From the NCBI GenBank assembly GCA_944327625.1, contig CALVHL010000025.1, positions 19,648-83,647 on the forward strand: a stretch of 64,000 bases of DNA. The letters run 5' to 3'. This DNA is from an uncultured Clostridia bacterium (lineage in GTDB: Bacteria > Bacillota > Clostridia > Christensenellales > Borkfalkiaceae). The translations under genes and the position numbers were made by a program. Positions 40,705 to 50,182 of this stretch are shown here, in pieces (the stretch's first letter is position 1; the number at the start of each line of letters is the position of its first letter). The notes under the pieces are model-generated. The model worked only from the letters and a program-made list of their open reading frames with translations, had not been told where the DNA came from and did not search any database.

Positions 40705-41398
40705 TGCTCTTGCCCCCGTTGACGCTCTTTAAGAATTCGTCGTAGACTGCGCCGTCGCTCGTCGCCGTCCGCGCCTTCTCCATTGCGGCAAGCGCGGCCT
40801 GACCGACTATGTCGGCAACGTCGCCGCCCTCCTCCGCCTTTTCCTCGGCGGTGCGGTTGAGGCGCTCGGCAAGCGTCGCCCTTGCCTCCTCCGACACGCC
40901 GCTGACGGTCAGGTCGGACTGAGCGGTTTTAAGATAGCTGTCGTAGAGCGCGCTGTCGTTTTCGGGCGTGCTGCCGACGACCAGCAGCTTTTCCGCCGAC
41001 TGAACGACCATCTTGGCAATCTCGTCGCTCGCCTGCGCCATATACGCGGCGCGTTCCTGCTCTGCGCGGGTTTTGCCGTCGGCTATAATCGCGCGGGCGC
41101 GTTCCTCCGCGTCCGTGACTATCTTCTTGCCTTCCTTTTCGCTGCGGGATATGAGTTCCCTGCGCTTAGCCTCCATTTCGCCGTCCAGACCTGCAAGCTT
41201 TTCCTCGCGCTGTCTGTCCAGCTCGGCTATCTCCTCCTTTCTCTTTGCGTGTTCTTCGGCAGACTTTTTATACTTCTCCTCGCGCTCGCGCATGAACTTG
41301 CGCACGGGCTTGAAAAGGAGCAGCGAAAGCCCCGTCGCCAGAATGAGAAAGTTGAAGACGTGCAGCAATATCTGCTGCCAATCTATGTTCAAAGGCAT
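40697..41398 (-). CDS. atpF: F-type ATP synthase subunit b with an extra C-terminal region of about 70 aa
   Basis: N-terminal TM helix followed by a long charged coiled coil. 233 aa versus about 160-175 aa for typical b subunits. RBS AAGGAGG. Confidence 0.85.
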   Translation of the reverse strand: MPLNIDWQQILLHVFNFLILATGLSLLLFKPVRKFMREREEKYKKSAEEHAKRKEEIAELDRQREEKLAGLDGEMEAKRRELISRSEKEGKKIVTDAEERARAIIADGKTRAEQERAAYMAQASDEIAKMVVQSAEKLLVVGSTPENDSALYDSYLKTAQSDLTVSGVSEEARATLAERLNRTAEEKAEEGGDVADIVGQAALAAMEKARTATSDGAVYDEFLKSVNGGKSNG

Positions 41399-41452
41399 AT
41401 TTTACCTCCTTGTGCGGCAGGGCGGAAGCCCGTCCCCGCGGTACGGTTATCT

Positions 41453-41866
41453 TTATAATACGAATACTATGATTATGGCTATGACGAATGCGTAGATTAT
41501 CGCCGTTTCGAGGAAGAAAAGACCGAGCATGGTCGAAGAACGTATGCCCTTTTCCGCCTCGGGCTGACGCGAAATGCCCTCGGAAGCCTTTGCAATGGCA
41601 ATGCCCATGCCGATTGCGCCGCCGAGTGCGGCAAGACCTATCGCAATGCCTGCGGCAAGCGCCTTGCCCGTAACGCCGTCGTCGCCGTTCTCCTCGGCAG
41701 GTTCTGCCGCGACGGTCGTATCGTCTTCGGTAGCATAGACTACCGCGACGGGCTGATTGTGCGTCTCTGCGCTTGCCGTCAGTGCGGCAGACGACACGAA
41801 CGCGATTGCTATGAGGGCGATGAACGCCGTCAGTATGAGTGCCATATACTTCTTAGCCGATTTCAT
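41453..41866 (-). CDS. atpE: F-type ATP synthase subunit c with an N-terminal signal-peptide-like extension of about 65 aa
   Basis: The C-terminal 72 aa form a c-subunit hairpin (..ISRQPEAEKGIRSSTMLGLFFLETAIIYAFV..). The N-terminus is MKSAKKYMALILTAFIALIAIAFVSSAALTASA followed by an acidic linker. The ATG follows GGAGGA with 8-nt spacing, and there is no in-frame internal start before the c core. Confidence 0.85.
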   Translation of the reverse strand: MKSAKKYMALILTAFIALIAIAFVSSAALTASAETHNQPVAVVYATEDDTTVAAEPAEENGDDGVTGKALAAGIAIGLAALGGAIGMGIAIAKASEGISRQPEAEKGIRSSTMLGLFFLETAIIYAFVIAIIIVFVL

Positions 41867-42024
41867 GATGAAAATCCTCCGAATGATTTACGATGTTTTT
41901 ATATATCTTAAACGCCGCCGAGCGGCGGTCTTTTCCGCATTTCATTTGCGCAATTTTTTATAATTCGTCCGCGGATATGCCCCGCCGAACGCAATTTTTT
42001 ATAAGTTCTGCGCCGCCCGCTATT

Positions 42025-42888
42025 TTACGCGGGCTGTGCGCCCTTTTCGCGCCGCTTTTTAGCGCGTTTGGGCTTTCTTATATACGGCTCTGTAACCTCC
42101 CCGAAATAGGTCGAGGTGAGCAGCACGAGGACGTAGGTCTGCACGAGCGCGTGCATGAGCGTGAACAGTATGCCGACCGCGACGGGCAGCACAACGCTGA
42201 GCGCAATGGTGTAGTAGACGAGCTCGGTGACCAAAAGTCCGCTCAAAAGCGCGCCGAACAGACGGAAGCTCATGGACACGGGCAGCGAAAATTCCTTGAT
42301 CGCCCTGCCGAAGCCGCGGATACCGCACTGCGCTATGCCGCCGCCCATTATGAACAGATAGGAAAGACAGCCCATGGCTATCGCCGCGTTGATGTCCGAA
42401 AGGGGCGCGGGCAGGGATACGACGTAGCCCTCGGTCGTCGTCCACTGTACGCCGAACAGCTCGAACAGCGTTCCGAAGCAGACGTAGCAGCCCGCCGAGA
42501 ATATGTAACAGCCTAAAATGTTGTTGCTGTGCGGGCTGTTGTTTCGCGCCATGTCGTCGAAAAAGCCGACGAGCGCCTCTATCGCCGTCTGGAACTTGCC
42601 CGGCACTTCCCTGAAGCGGGGAATGGCGAAAATTCTTATGACGAGCGCCGCGAGAAGCAGTATGCCCGTGACAATAAACGCCGATATTGCCGCAGGGTTT
42701 ACCGCCCAGCCGAACAGATTTATCTTGTTCTCCTCGTGCAGAACGGCGTCTTTAAGCTCCTCGGAAAGGCTGCCCGACCGCTCGCCCGCGCCGATGAGTA
42801 TCGCCCCGACGAGCGACGCAATCAGCACGGCGACGACCGCGGCAAGTATAAAATATTTCTTGCTTAAAGGTTTTCTTACGTCCTTCAT
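42025..42888 (-). CDS. atpB: F-type ATP synthase subunit a
   Basis: Polytopic protein, first gene of the operon, with the conserved Arg region ...LPVSMSFRLFGALLSG... The ATG at 42886-42888 follows GGGAGAGG. Confidence 0.88.
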   Translation of the reverse strand: MKDVRKPLSKKYFILAAVVAVLIASLVGAILIGAGERSGSLSEELKDAVLHEENKINLFGWAVNPAAISAFIVTGILLLAALVIRIFAIPRFREVPGKFQTAIEALVGFFDDMARNNSPHSNNILGCYIFSAGCYVCFGTLFELFGVQWTTTEGYVVSLPAPLSDINAAIAMGCLSYLFIMGGGIAQCGIRGFGRAIKEFSLPVSMSFRLFGALLSGLLVTELVYYTIALSVVLPVAVGILFTLMHALVQTYVLVLLTSTYFGEVTEPYIRKPKRAKKRREKGAQPA

Positions 42889-43400
42889 AGACCTCTCCCG
42901 CCCCGCCGCGGCAACTCCGCCGACGGGAACGCACATAAAATTAGTTGCGCTTGCAACCTTTCGTCTTTAAAATTATCCGCACCTTGCCGTGCGGTAAAAA
43001 AATAAACGCCACAGGACAGGAAATAACCTGCCGCGCGACGCTTCTCAACGAGATACGGTAAAATACGCGGCGGCTTGCCGCCGTAACTATTTGACCGACG
43101 CCACGCGACGTCGTCTCAGCCGCCCGCGCGCGGCTGCCGACTTCTTCCCCTCACCGTTTACGCTATTCTACTTCAAACTTCGTATTCTGTCAAATGTTAT
43201 TTGCCCTGCCGCCCCCTTTTTCGACAATAACAATTATTTTGCGCGAATATAACAATTTGTTTTGCCATAAATAACCTTAATTTCCGCCCGCCGCGCCGTA
43301 TTTGCCCTGAAATGGTGGCGCGCCCCCGAACAGCCATTCGGGGGCGCGCACATTCCTCATATATCTTTCTCCGTCCGTCGGAGCGGTTAAACATAATACA

Positions 43401-45311
43401 TTACTTTTCCCAGCTCTTGCTGTTGCCCGAAGTGACCTTATAGGCGGGATCGGGCGCGTCGACCTTGAACACGGTCATTTCGTCGGAGTATTCGCCCGCG
43501 CGTACGACTATTTTATTCTCCTTTTGGAGCTTTACGCGGCACCTGAACACCTTTTCCCCGCGCGAGTGCGCGACTTCCCTGCCGTTGACAAAGAGCGTAA
43601 CTTCGCCGACGTTGGAGATGACCGCAATTTCCGTGCGTTTCTCCGCGCGGTTTATATACCGCTTGCCGCAGAGGTGCAGCACGGGCTCTTCCGACCAGTG
43701 CGCCTTGTAGAGATAGAACGCGTCCTTCTTTGTCTTTCGGTCGAAGGTGACGAGCCCCTTGTGGTTTTTGCCGGGATCGCCGCCCTGATTTCTGCCGTCC
43801 GCGCCGAAGTCAAACATATTCCACACGTAAGTCGCCCAGAGGTGCGGGTTGCGGTCGAAAAATCTCAGCATATACTCGTGATATATCGTCTGATATTCCT
43901 CGGAATTGTCGAACCGCTTTGGCTTTGCCGAATGGATATTGGGCATGCCCTCCGCGCCGTATTCCGAATAGCACAGCGGCACGCGGCGGTTGAACAGCCG
44001 ATAGAGCTTTATCCACAGATCGTTTAAAAACAGCCCGGGCACGTACCAGCCGAGATAGAGGTTCCAGCCGACGAGGTCGGTTATGCGGGCGGTCTTATCC
44101 CACGGAGCGCACATCGCAAAGCAGGCGAGCGTGGTGAGGCGCGAGGGATCGAGCGAATGGCAGAGCGCGTTCAGCCTGCCGTGAGTGCGCAACATATTGG
44201 CGTCGTCCGTCCGCTTCATGGTTATTTCGTTGCTTATGCCCCAGAAACATATCGAGGGGTGATTGTACTGCTGGGCGACAAGCTCCCTCATCTGGCTTTC
44301 GGCGTTGCCGTCCGCCGCCGTCGAGTGACGGGAAATATAGGGTATTTCCGCCCAGACCACCAGCCCGTTACGATCGCAGAGGTCGTAGAAATAGTCGTCG
44401 TGCTGATAGTGCGCGAGGCGCACGGTATTCGCCCCGACCTCCCTTATGAGCGCAATATCCTCCTCGTGTTCGGCGCGGGATATGGCGTTGCCGAGCGTCG
44501 GTCTGTCCTGATGGCGGGATACGCCGTGCAGGGGGTACTCTCTGCCGTTGAGTATGAAGCCCTTGTCCCTATCGACCGAAAAGGTGCGCAGCCCGAAGTA
44601 CGCCGACGCGCGGTCGCACTCCTGCCCGCCGACGCGCAGCACGGCATCCGCCCTGTACATGAAGGGATCTTCGACGCCGTTCCAGAGGTGCGCCGAAGGG
44701 ATGACTATTTCCTCGTCCGCGCACCCCGTCGCCACTATCTTATCGCCGTCGTAAATTACAATATCCACGGCATATATGCCGTCGCAATGCACGTTCGCCC
44801 GCACGGTGACGACGCCGTCGCCGCCCGAAACGCCGCTCTCGACTTTGAGTTCGGGCGAGCAGTATTCGCCGAACGCAAACCCCTTTTCGGGGAATATGCA
44901 CAGGTACACGTCGCGGTATATGCCGCCGTAAAAGGTGAAGTCGGCAGCCTGCGGGTAGATATCGTCGGCGGGCGAGTTGTCCGCCGTCACTTCCAGCAGA
45001 TTGTCCTCCGCAAGCAGCGCGGTAACGTCTGTCGAGAACGCCGAATAGCCGCCGTCGTGGCGGCATATCTCCGCCCCGTTGAGCCTTACCGTGGCGCGGG
45101 CGTTTACGCCCTTAAAGAGCAGAACGCACCTGTCGCCCGCGCTCAGCGCGGGCATTGAAAAGCGCTTTTTATAGGTCGCGGCAAACCGCGCATAGTCGCC
45201 GCCTCCGTCCTGGCCGTCCGTGCCGTTCCAGGTGTGCGGCAGGGTTACGGGCAATTCAATCCCCGCTCTCCCGAACGTCCAGCCGTCATTGAATAAAATT
45301 CTGTCTTTCAT
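43401..45311 (-). CDS. uidA: GH2 beta-glucuronidase (GUS)
   Basis: Acid/base motif WGISNE, nucleophile motif SEYGAEG, and the glucuronate-specific N-x-K-G motif (GKNHKGLVTFDRKTKKDAF; compare E. coli GGNKKGIFTRDRKPKSAAF). Neighbours are a GPH permease, uxuA and a UxuB-like SDR. Confidence 0.8.
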   Translation of the reverse strand: MKDRILFNDGWTFGRAGIELPVTLPHTWNGTDGQDGGGDYARFAATYKKRFSMPALSAGDRCVLLFKGVNARATVRLNGAEICRHDGGYSAFSTDVTALLAEDNLLEVTADNSPADDIYPQAADFTFYGGIYRDVYLCIFPEKGFAFGEYCSPELKVESGVSGGDGVVTVRANVHCDGIYAVDIVIYDGDKIVATGCADEEIVIPSAHLWNGVEDPFMYRADAVLRVGGQECDRASAYFGLRTFSVDRDKGFILNGREYPLHGVSRHQDRPTLGNAISRAEHEEDIALIREVGANTVRLAHYQHDDYFYDLCDRNGLVVWAEIPYISRHSTAADGNAESQMRELVAQQYNHPSICFWGISNEITMKRTDDANMLRTHGRLNALCHSLDPSRLTTLACFAMCAPWDKTARITDLVGWNLYLGWYVPGLFLNDLWIKLYRLFNRRVPLCYSEYGAEGMPNIHSAKPKRFDNSEEYQTIYHEYMLRFFDRNPHLWATYVWNMFDFGADGRNQGGDPGKNHKGLVTFDRKTKKDAFYLYKAHWSEEPVLHLCGKRYINRAEKRTEIAVISNVGEVTLFVNGREVAHSRGEKVFRCRVKLQKENKIVVRAGEYSDEMTVFKVDAPDPAYKVTSGNSKSWEK

Positions 45312-45336
45312 CGATTAACCCCCGTATATGTGCCGA

Positions 45337-47283
45337 CTATTCCCCTTCCTGCGCCTCGTCCCTGTACTGTTCGGGTATGGGTACGGCGTTGGACGAAGGG
45401 GCGGCTATCCTGCCCTCGCAACGGGCGAATAACCGCGAATATATCCTGTCGGCGACGGTAATCTTTTCCTCGACGGGCTTACCCGTCTTCTTGTCGATGC
45501 GCCTGCGGGGAGGGTTGACGAACTCCTCGGGAACCTGGTCTATCGTCTGCCAGGTCGCCATGGCTTCTTCCATGGACATACCGCCGCGGACGGCAGCCTT
45601 GCGCACGGCGTTGACCGCCTGCACTTCCCTCAGCTTTTCGCCCGACAGGCTGTACCGCGTCATGCAGAAGGTCGTAATGAGCCACGCCGTCATGGGCAGC
45701 AGGCAGAAGCAGATTATCGCCGACAGCTGCATGCCCTCCATATAGGGCGTGCTCTCCGCGGGCAGAGCCGTGAGATCGGGCACGAGCAATACTATGAAAA
45801 GCTGCAAGAGCAGCGTCTGGAGCGAGGATATTACCTTGTCGACGAGCGAGAATATCGTACCCATTATGCCGGGAACATACTTGCCCGAACGGTAGGTCTC
45901 GAAGTCCGTACAATCGGCGATCATTGGTATGGTCAGCTGGTCGCAGCAGTTGAACGCGCCGTATCCGCAGCCGTATAATACTATGAACGCTATCGTGTAG
46001 AAGTTTATCGTCAGGTGGAAGCCGCCTTCCATCGAGAATATTTTAAGGTACGTGGCGGGGTTTTCGTGGTCGTATATGCAGAGCAGCGCGAGCACGCCGA
46101 TATAGAACAGTATGGCGAGCACGGTGAACTGCGCCACGCCGCGCTTCTGCCCCTTTCTGCCCGCCGTAGCCGAGCCCCAGAAGAAGAATATCGCCATAAA
46201 GACGAAGCACAGCGCATAGAAGGGTATGTACAGCCCGTTATAGTCGCCCATCAGGCACCCGTAGACGAGCGCGGCGACGGGTACGCTCGTGGCGACCGTC
46301 GAGGCGAGCTTATTGAAGCCCGACGACAGCATCAGCCAGCGTATTTCCTTGTTGCCCTTTATTATGCCGATATAGTCTTTGAGCTTTGCGGGCTCCTGCG
46401 CGACGCCCCAGAATTCGGGGCGGTCTTTCGACCAGATCGCCGCAACCGCCATGACGGTATAGGCGGCCGACAGCACGATGACGAACGGCACCATTATGTC
46501 GTAGAACTGCGTGCCGTAGGGCGCGCCGTAGTTGTATGCGTACAGCTTTGCGGGATCGAGGTTGAGCGCAGTCAGCTTTCCGATGAGCGTCCTGCTCCCC
46601 TCGGGATCGAGCCCCGCGATTATGTCGGAGACGAGCTTTCCGCTCTCCGACTCGTAGACGATAAGTCCCTTGGCGCAGAGCGCCTCGTTGGTCAGCACGC
46701 CGCCCGCCATTACGTTGACGAGCACTATCGAGCCTATCTGACCTATCATATTCCAGATAACGAACTGCGAACGCTGTTTGGGATCGTTGGTGAGGCAGGT
46801 CTGCCCCGCCTTGGTGACGGCGCACTGGCAGGTGTAGCCGAGCACGTAGATTATGTAGGATACGATATATATCGTCCAGCGCACCCACGAAACGCCCACC
46901 CCGCGGAAGAAGGTCATCATTATGAGCACGGACAGCGCGAGCAGCACGTTGCCGATTATCATATACGGACGGAACTTGCCGAGCCTCGTCTTCGTCTTGT
47001 CCATCATTCCGCCGAGCAGGGGATCGGTTATGCCGTCGAATACCCTCATGCAGGGCACGAATACCGCCGTGAAGTTGGAGACGGTCATGACGAGCGCGGC
47101 GCTGAGCACCGTGCCGGCTATCGCGCCCGCCGCACTGCCCGTCAGGTACAGCACGGCGTAGTAGGTGAAATAGGTATAGAACGCGAAGTATACGTTGGTC
47201 GCGGCGTTATTGAAGGGGAAAAGCGCAATCTGCCAGCCCTTCGCGCGGTTGACGGCGCGGGTACCCGCTGCGCTGCCGTCCAT
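45337..47283 (-). CDS. glycoside-pentoside-hexuronide (GPH) family cation symporter with a cytoplasmic C-terminal tail of about 100 aa
   Basis: 12-TM MelB/UidB-like protein. Its start abuts the stop of the upstream SDR gene. Confidence 0.8.
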   Translation of the reverse strand: MDGSAAGTRAVNRAKGWQIALFPFNNAATNVYFAFYTYFTYYAVLYLTGSAAGAIAGTVLSAALVMTVSNFTAVFVPCMRVFDGITDPLLGGMMDKTKTRLGKFRPYMIIGNVLLALSVLIMMTFFRGVGVSWVRWTIYIVSYIIYVLGYTCQCAVTKAGQTCLTNDPKQRSQFVIWNMIGQIGSIVLVNVMAGGVLTNEALCAKGLIVYESESGKLVSDIIAGLDPEGSRTLIGKLTALNLDPAKLYAYNYGAPYGTQFYDIMVPFVIVLSAAYTVMAVAAIWSKDRPEFWGVAQEPAKLKDYIGIIKGNKEIRWLMLSSGFNKLASTVATSVPVAALVYGCLMGDYNGLYIPFYALCFVFMAIFFFWGSATAGRKGQKRGVAQFTVLAILFYIGVLALLCIYDHENPATYLKIFSMEGGFHLTINFYTIAFIVLYGCGYGAFNCCDQLTIPMIADCTDFETYRSGKYVPGIMGTIFSLVDKVISSLQTLLLQLFIVLLVPDLTALPAESTPYMEGMQLSAIICFCLLPMTAWLITTFCMTRYSLSGEKLREVQAVNAVRKAAVRGGMSMEEAMATWQTIDQVPEEFVNPPRRRIDKKTGKPVEEKITVADRIYSRLFARCEGRIAAPSSNAVPIPEQYRDEAQEGE

Positions 47284-48111
47284 TTATACCCCCGAATATG
47301 CCGAGAAGCCGCCGTCGACGGGTATGCACACGCCCGTCACGAAGCCGCTCGCCTCGTCGCTCGCCAGCCACAGGAGCACGCCGTAGAGGTCCTCGGGCTT
47401 GCCGAATTTCTTTTGCGGAGTTGCGGCGAGTATCTTGCCCGTCCTCGCCGTCGGCGTGCCGTCGGGGTTGAACAGCAGTTCTTTATTCTGCTTTGTGACG
47501 AAGAAGCCGGGCGCGATTGCGTTGCACCTTATGCCGCAGGGCGCAAAGTGCACGGCGAGCCATTCGGTGAAGTTGGTAAGCCCCGACTTTGCCGCGCTGT
47601 ATGCGGGTATTTTTGTAAGCGGGCGGTATGCGTTCATCGAGCTTATGTTGATTATGTTGCCGCCCGTGCCTATCATATCCTCGGCGAATACCTGCGTCAC
47701 GAGGAACGCCGTCGTTATGTTGAGGTCGAACACGAACCTGAACCCCGCCTCCTCCATGTCGAAGAAGGACTGACCGCCGTCATAGTCGGGCGTCATGGTC
47801 TCGCAGGCGGTCTGCGCCTTGGCGTTGTTGCCGCCCGCGCCGTTGATGAGGAAGTTGACCTTGCCCCACTTGTCGTTGATCTGCTTCTTTGCAGCGATTA
47901 TGCTCTTTTTGTCGAGGCAGTCGCACTGCACGGCGAAGGCGTTTTCGCCTATTTCGTCGGCGTACTTCTTTGCGCTGTCGTAGGACCTGTCGACGAGCGC
48001 GACCTTTGCGCCGCACTCTGCAAGCGCCTTGGCGAACCCGCTCATCAGCACGCCGCCCGCGCCGGTTATTGCAATTACTTTATCCGATAAATCGACTTTG
48101 AATGGTATCAT
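47284..48111 (-). CDS. SDR family oxidoreductase (probable UxuB-type mannonate/fructuronate oxidoreductase)
   Basis: TGAGGVLMSG Rossmann motif and the YSAAK catalytic motif. The specific function is inferred from adjacency to uxuA. Confidence 0.7.
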   Translation of the reverse strand: MIPFKVDLSDKVIAITGAGGVLMSGFAKALAECGAKVALVDRSYDSAKKYADEIGENAFAVQCDCLDKKSIIAAKKQINDKWGKVNFLINGAGGNNAKAQTACETMTPDYDGGQSFFDMEEAGFRFVFDLNITTAFLVTQVFAEDMIGTGGNIINISSMNAYRPLTKIPAYSAAKSGLTNFTEWLAVHFAPCGIRCNAIAPGFFVTKQNKELLFNPDGTPTARTGKILAATPQKKFGKPEDLYGVLLWLASDEASGFVTGVCIPVDGGFSAYSGV

Positions 48112-48141
48112 ATATGTAAATTTCGCTCCTTTGTATGACGA

Positions 48142-49209
48142 TTATTTGCCAACCTTGTCCGCGCCGCGCGCGATAAGCTTTTCTGCCGCCTCGAAAAGGC
48201 CGTTGAGATAGGTCGCGCCCAGCGCCCTGTCGTACAGCCCGTAGCCGGGCTTGCCGTCCTCGCCCCAGATATTTCTGCCGTGGTCGGGACGGACGTAGCC
48301 GTCGAAGCCGTTTCTGACCAGCGCGAAGACTATTTCCGCCATGTCGAGGCTGCCGTCGGGCGTATAGTGCCCCGTCTCGCAGAAGCTGTCTGCGTCGTCC
48401 GTGTACTTAATATTTCTGAGGTGCGCAAAGTGCACCCTGCCCTGCGCGGCGTACTTTGCCGCCATGCCGACTATGTCGTTGCTCCTGCCCGCCCCGAGCG
48501 AGCCCGTGCAGAGCGTCAGCCCGTTATTTTTCGAGGGAACGGCGGCGAACAGCGCGTCGAGGTCGGCCTCCGAAGATACCGTGCGGGGTATGCCGAACAC
48601 GTTCCAGGGCGGATCGTCGGGATGTATTGCCATCTTTACGCCCGTCTCGTCGCATACGGGGATTATCCTTTCGAGGAAATAGACGAGGTTTTCAAAGAGC
48701 TTTTCGCGCGATATTCCCCTGTACGCCTCCAACAGCCCTTTGAGCTGCGAGGGCGTGTAGCTCTCGTCCCAGCCGGGCAGATGAAGATTGTCGGGATCTA
48801 CCCGCGCGAAGTCCTCCGCCGAATAGGCGAGCGAGTTGCTGCCGTCGGCGTTGACGCGGTGCATATCCGTGCGCAGCCAGTCGAATACGGGCATGAAGTT
48901 ATAGCAGACGCATCTGACGCCGTGCCGCGCGAGTATGCGGATATTTTCGGCGTAGTTGGCTATGTACTCGTCCCGCCTGCCGCAGCCCATCTTGATGTCC
49001 TCGTGGACGGGCACCGACTCTATAACCTCCATTTCCAGCCCCTTTTCGCGGCACAGCCGCGCGAGCGCGGCGACCGAACTCTCCTTCCACACCCCGCCGA
49101 CGGGCACGTCGTAGAGCGCCGTGACCACGCCGCGGACGCCGGGTATCTGCCTTATGCTGTCGAGGGAAATGCTGTCGCTCTCCCCGTACCAGCGAAATGT
49201 CATTTTCAT
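48142..49209 (-). CDS. uxuA: mannonate dehydratase
   Basis: MKMTFRWYGESD... N-terminus and UxuA-typical length. The ATG at 49207-49209 follows GAGGTG. Confidence 0.88.
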   Translation of the reverse strand: MKMTFRWYGESDSISLDSIRQIPGVRGVVTALYDVPVGGVWKESSVAALARLCREKGLEMEVIESVPVHEDIKMGCGRRDEYIANYAENIRILARHGVRCVCYNFMPVFDWLRTDMHRVNADGSNSLAYSAEDFARVDPDNLHLPGWDESYTPSQLKGLLEAYRGISREKLFENLVYFLERIIPVCDETGVKMAIHPDDPPWNVFGIPRTVSSEADLDALFAAVPSKNNGLTLCTGSLGAGRSNDIVGMAAKYAAQGRVHFAHLRNIKYTDDADSFCETGHYTPDGSLDMAEIVFALVRNGFDGYVRPDHGRNIWGEDGKPGYGLYDRALGATYLNGLFEAAEKLIARGADKVGK

Positions 49210-49246
49210 AAGCACCTCATAAAATGTCTGCAATGATTTTCAGATT

Positions 49247-49325
49247 TTATTGCAGTTATTCATATATTTTTTACGACTTTATATTGCATTTTTCGATATT
49301 TGATATTGCATTTTCACGCAATATG
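49247..49325. promoter_or_regulatory. candidate AraC-type operator repeats in the uxuA/araC divergent region
   Basis: ATATTGCATTTT occurs at 49281-49292 and 49303-49314 (22-bp phasing). There is a degenerate copy (TTATTGCAG) near 49248 and an inverted copy (CGCAATAT) near 49317. Confidence 0.35.
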
Positions 49326-49363
49326 TTTTATAATTGAGTTATAAATCTTTTTGGGAGAAAGAG

Positions 49364-50182
49364 ATGTTCAAATTTACCTGGAAGGAAATGGACCTTTCGC
49401 ATAAATACGACGAAGTTCCCTCGGTTTCCTCGGATAAGGAATTTACCAAGCATTACCACAATTTTTACGAGATATTCTACTTCATCTCGGGCACGGCGAT
49501 GTACACCGTCGAGAACGAGAAGCGCCCCCTCAACCCGGGCGACGCGCTCATAATCAAGCCCTACGAATTCCACAACGTCGAATTTCTCGATACCTCCCCC
49601 TACGAGCGGTACGTCCTCAAACTGCCCGTCGGGTTCATGCCGCAATACCTTACCGATAAACTAAAAGAGAGAAGTTCTTTCTTCCCCAGACAGCAGGGCG
49701 CGCTGGACATATTCAAGCGGCTGGACAGGGCGGCGGAGATGTTCACCGAAAACGATATGTTCTACTACGGCGGCAGCCTCGCGACGCAGGCGGCGATCTA
49801 CTTCTGCGCGACGGGCGCGCAGGCGGAGGAGAGCACCAACCTCGCCAATACCGAGATAGTGCAGATACTCGACTACATAAACGACAATATAGAGCAGGCG
49901 ATGACGCTCTCGGACATTGCCGACGCCTTCCACTATTCCTTCGACTATCTCAGCCGCAAGTTCTATCAGTACATGAAGACGTCGATAATGAAATACGTGC
50001 GCACCAAGCGCATACTCGTCGCGCACAAGATGCTGCTCATGGGCATAAAGCCCACGCAGGTTGCCGAAGCCATGAATTTTTCCGACTATTCGACCTTCTA
50101 CCGCTCTTACGTGTCGGTCATGGGCAAATCGCCCTCCGAAGATCCCTCGGTCAAGAGCTTTACCATACTCAAAGGCGACTGA
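49364..50182 (+). CDS. AraC family transcriptional regulator
   Basis: N-terminal cupin-like domain and a C-terminal double HTH (...LSRKFYQYMKTSIMKYVRTKRILVAHKML...FSDYSTFYRSY). The ATG at 49364 follows GGGAGA; the track start is a TTG. Confidence 0.88.
   Translation: MFKFTWKEMDLSHKYDEVPSVSSDKEFTKHYHNFYEIFYFISGTAMYTVENEKRPLNPGDALIIKPYEFHNVEFLDTSPYERYVLKLPVGFMPQYLTDKLKERSSFFPRQQGALDIFKRLDRAAEMFTENDMFYYGGSLATQAAIYFCATGAQAEESTNLANTEIVQILDYINDNIEQAMTLSDIADAFHYSFDYLSRKFYQYMKTSIMKYVRTKRILVAHKMLLMGIKPTQVAEAMNFSDYSTFYRSYVSVMGKSPSEDPSVKSFTILKGD

Noticed and set aside
46015-48090. 691-aa + strand ORF.
   Set aside because: It is antisense to the GPH symporter and SDR genes. It spans two real genes and is Arg/Ala/Gly/Val-rich.
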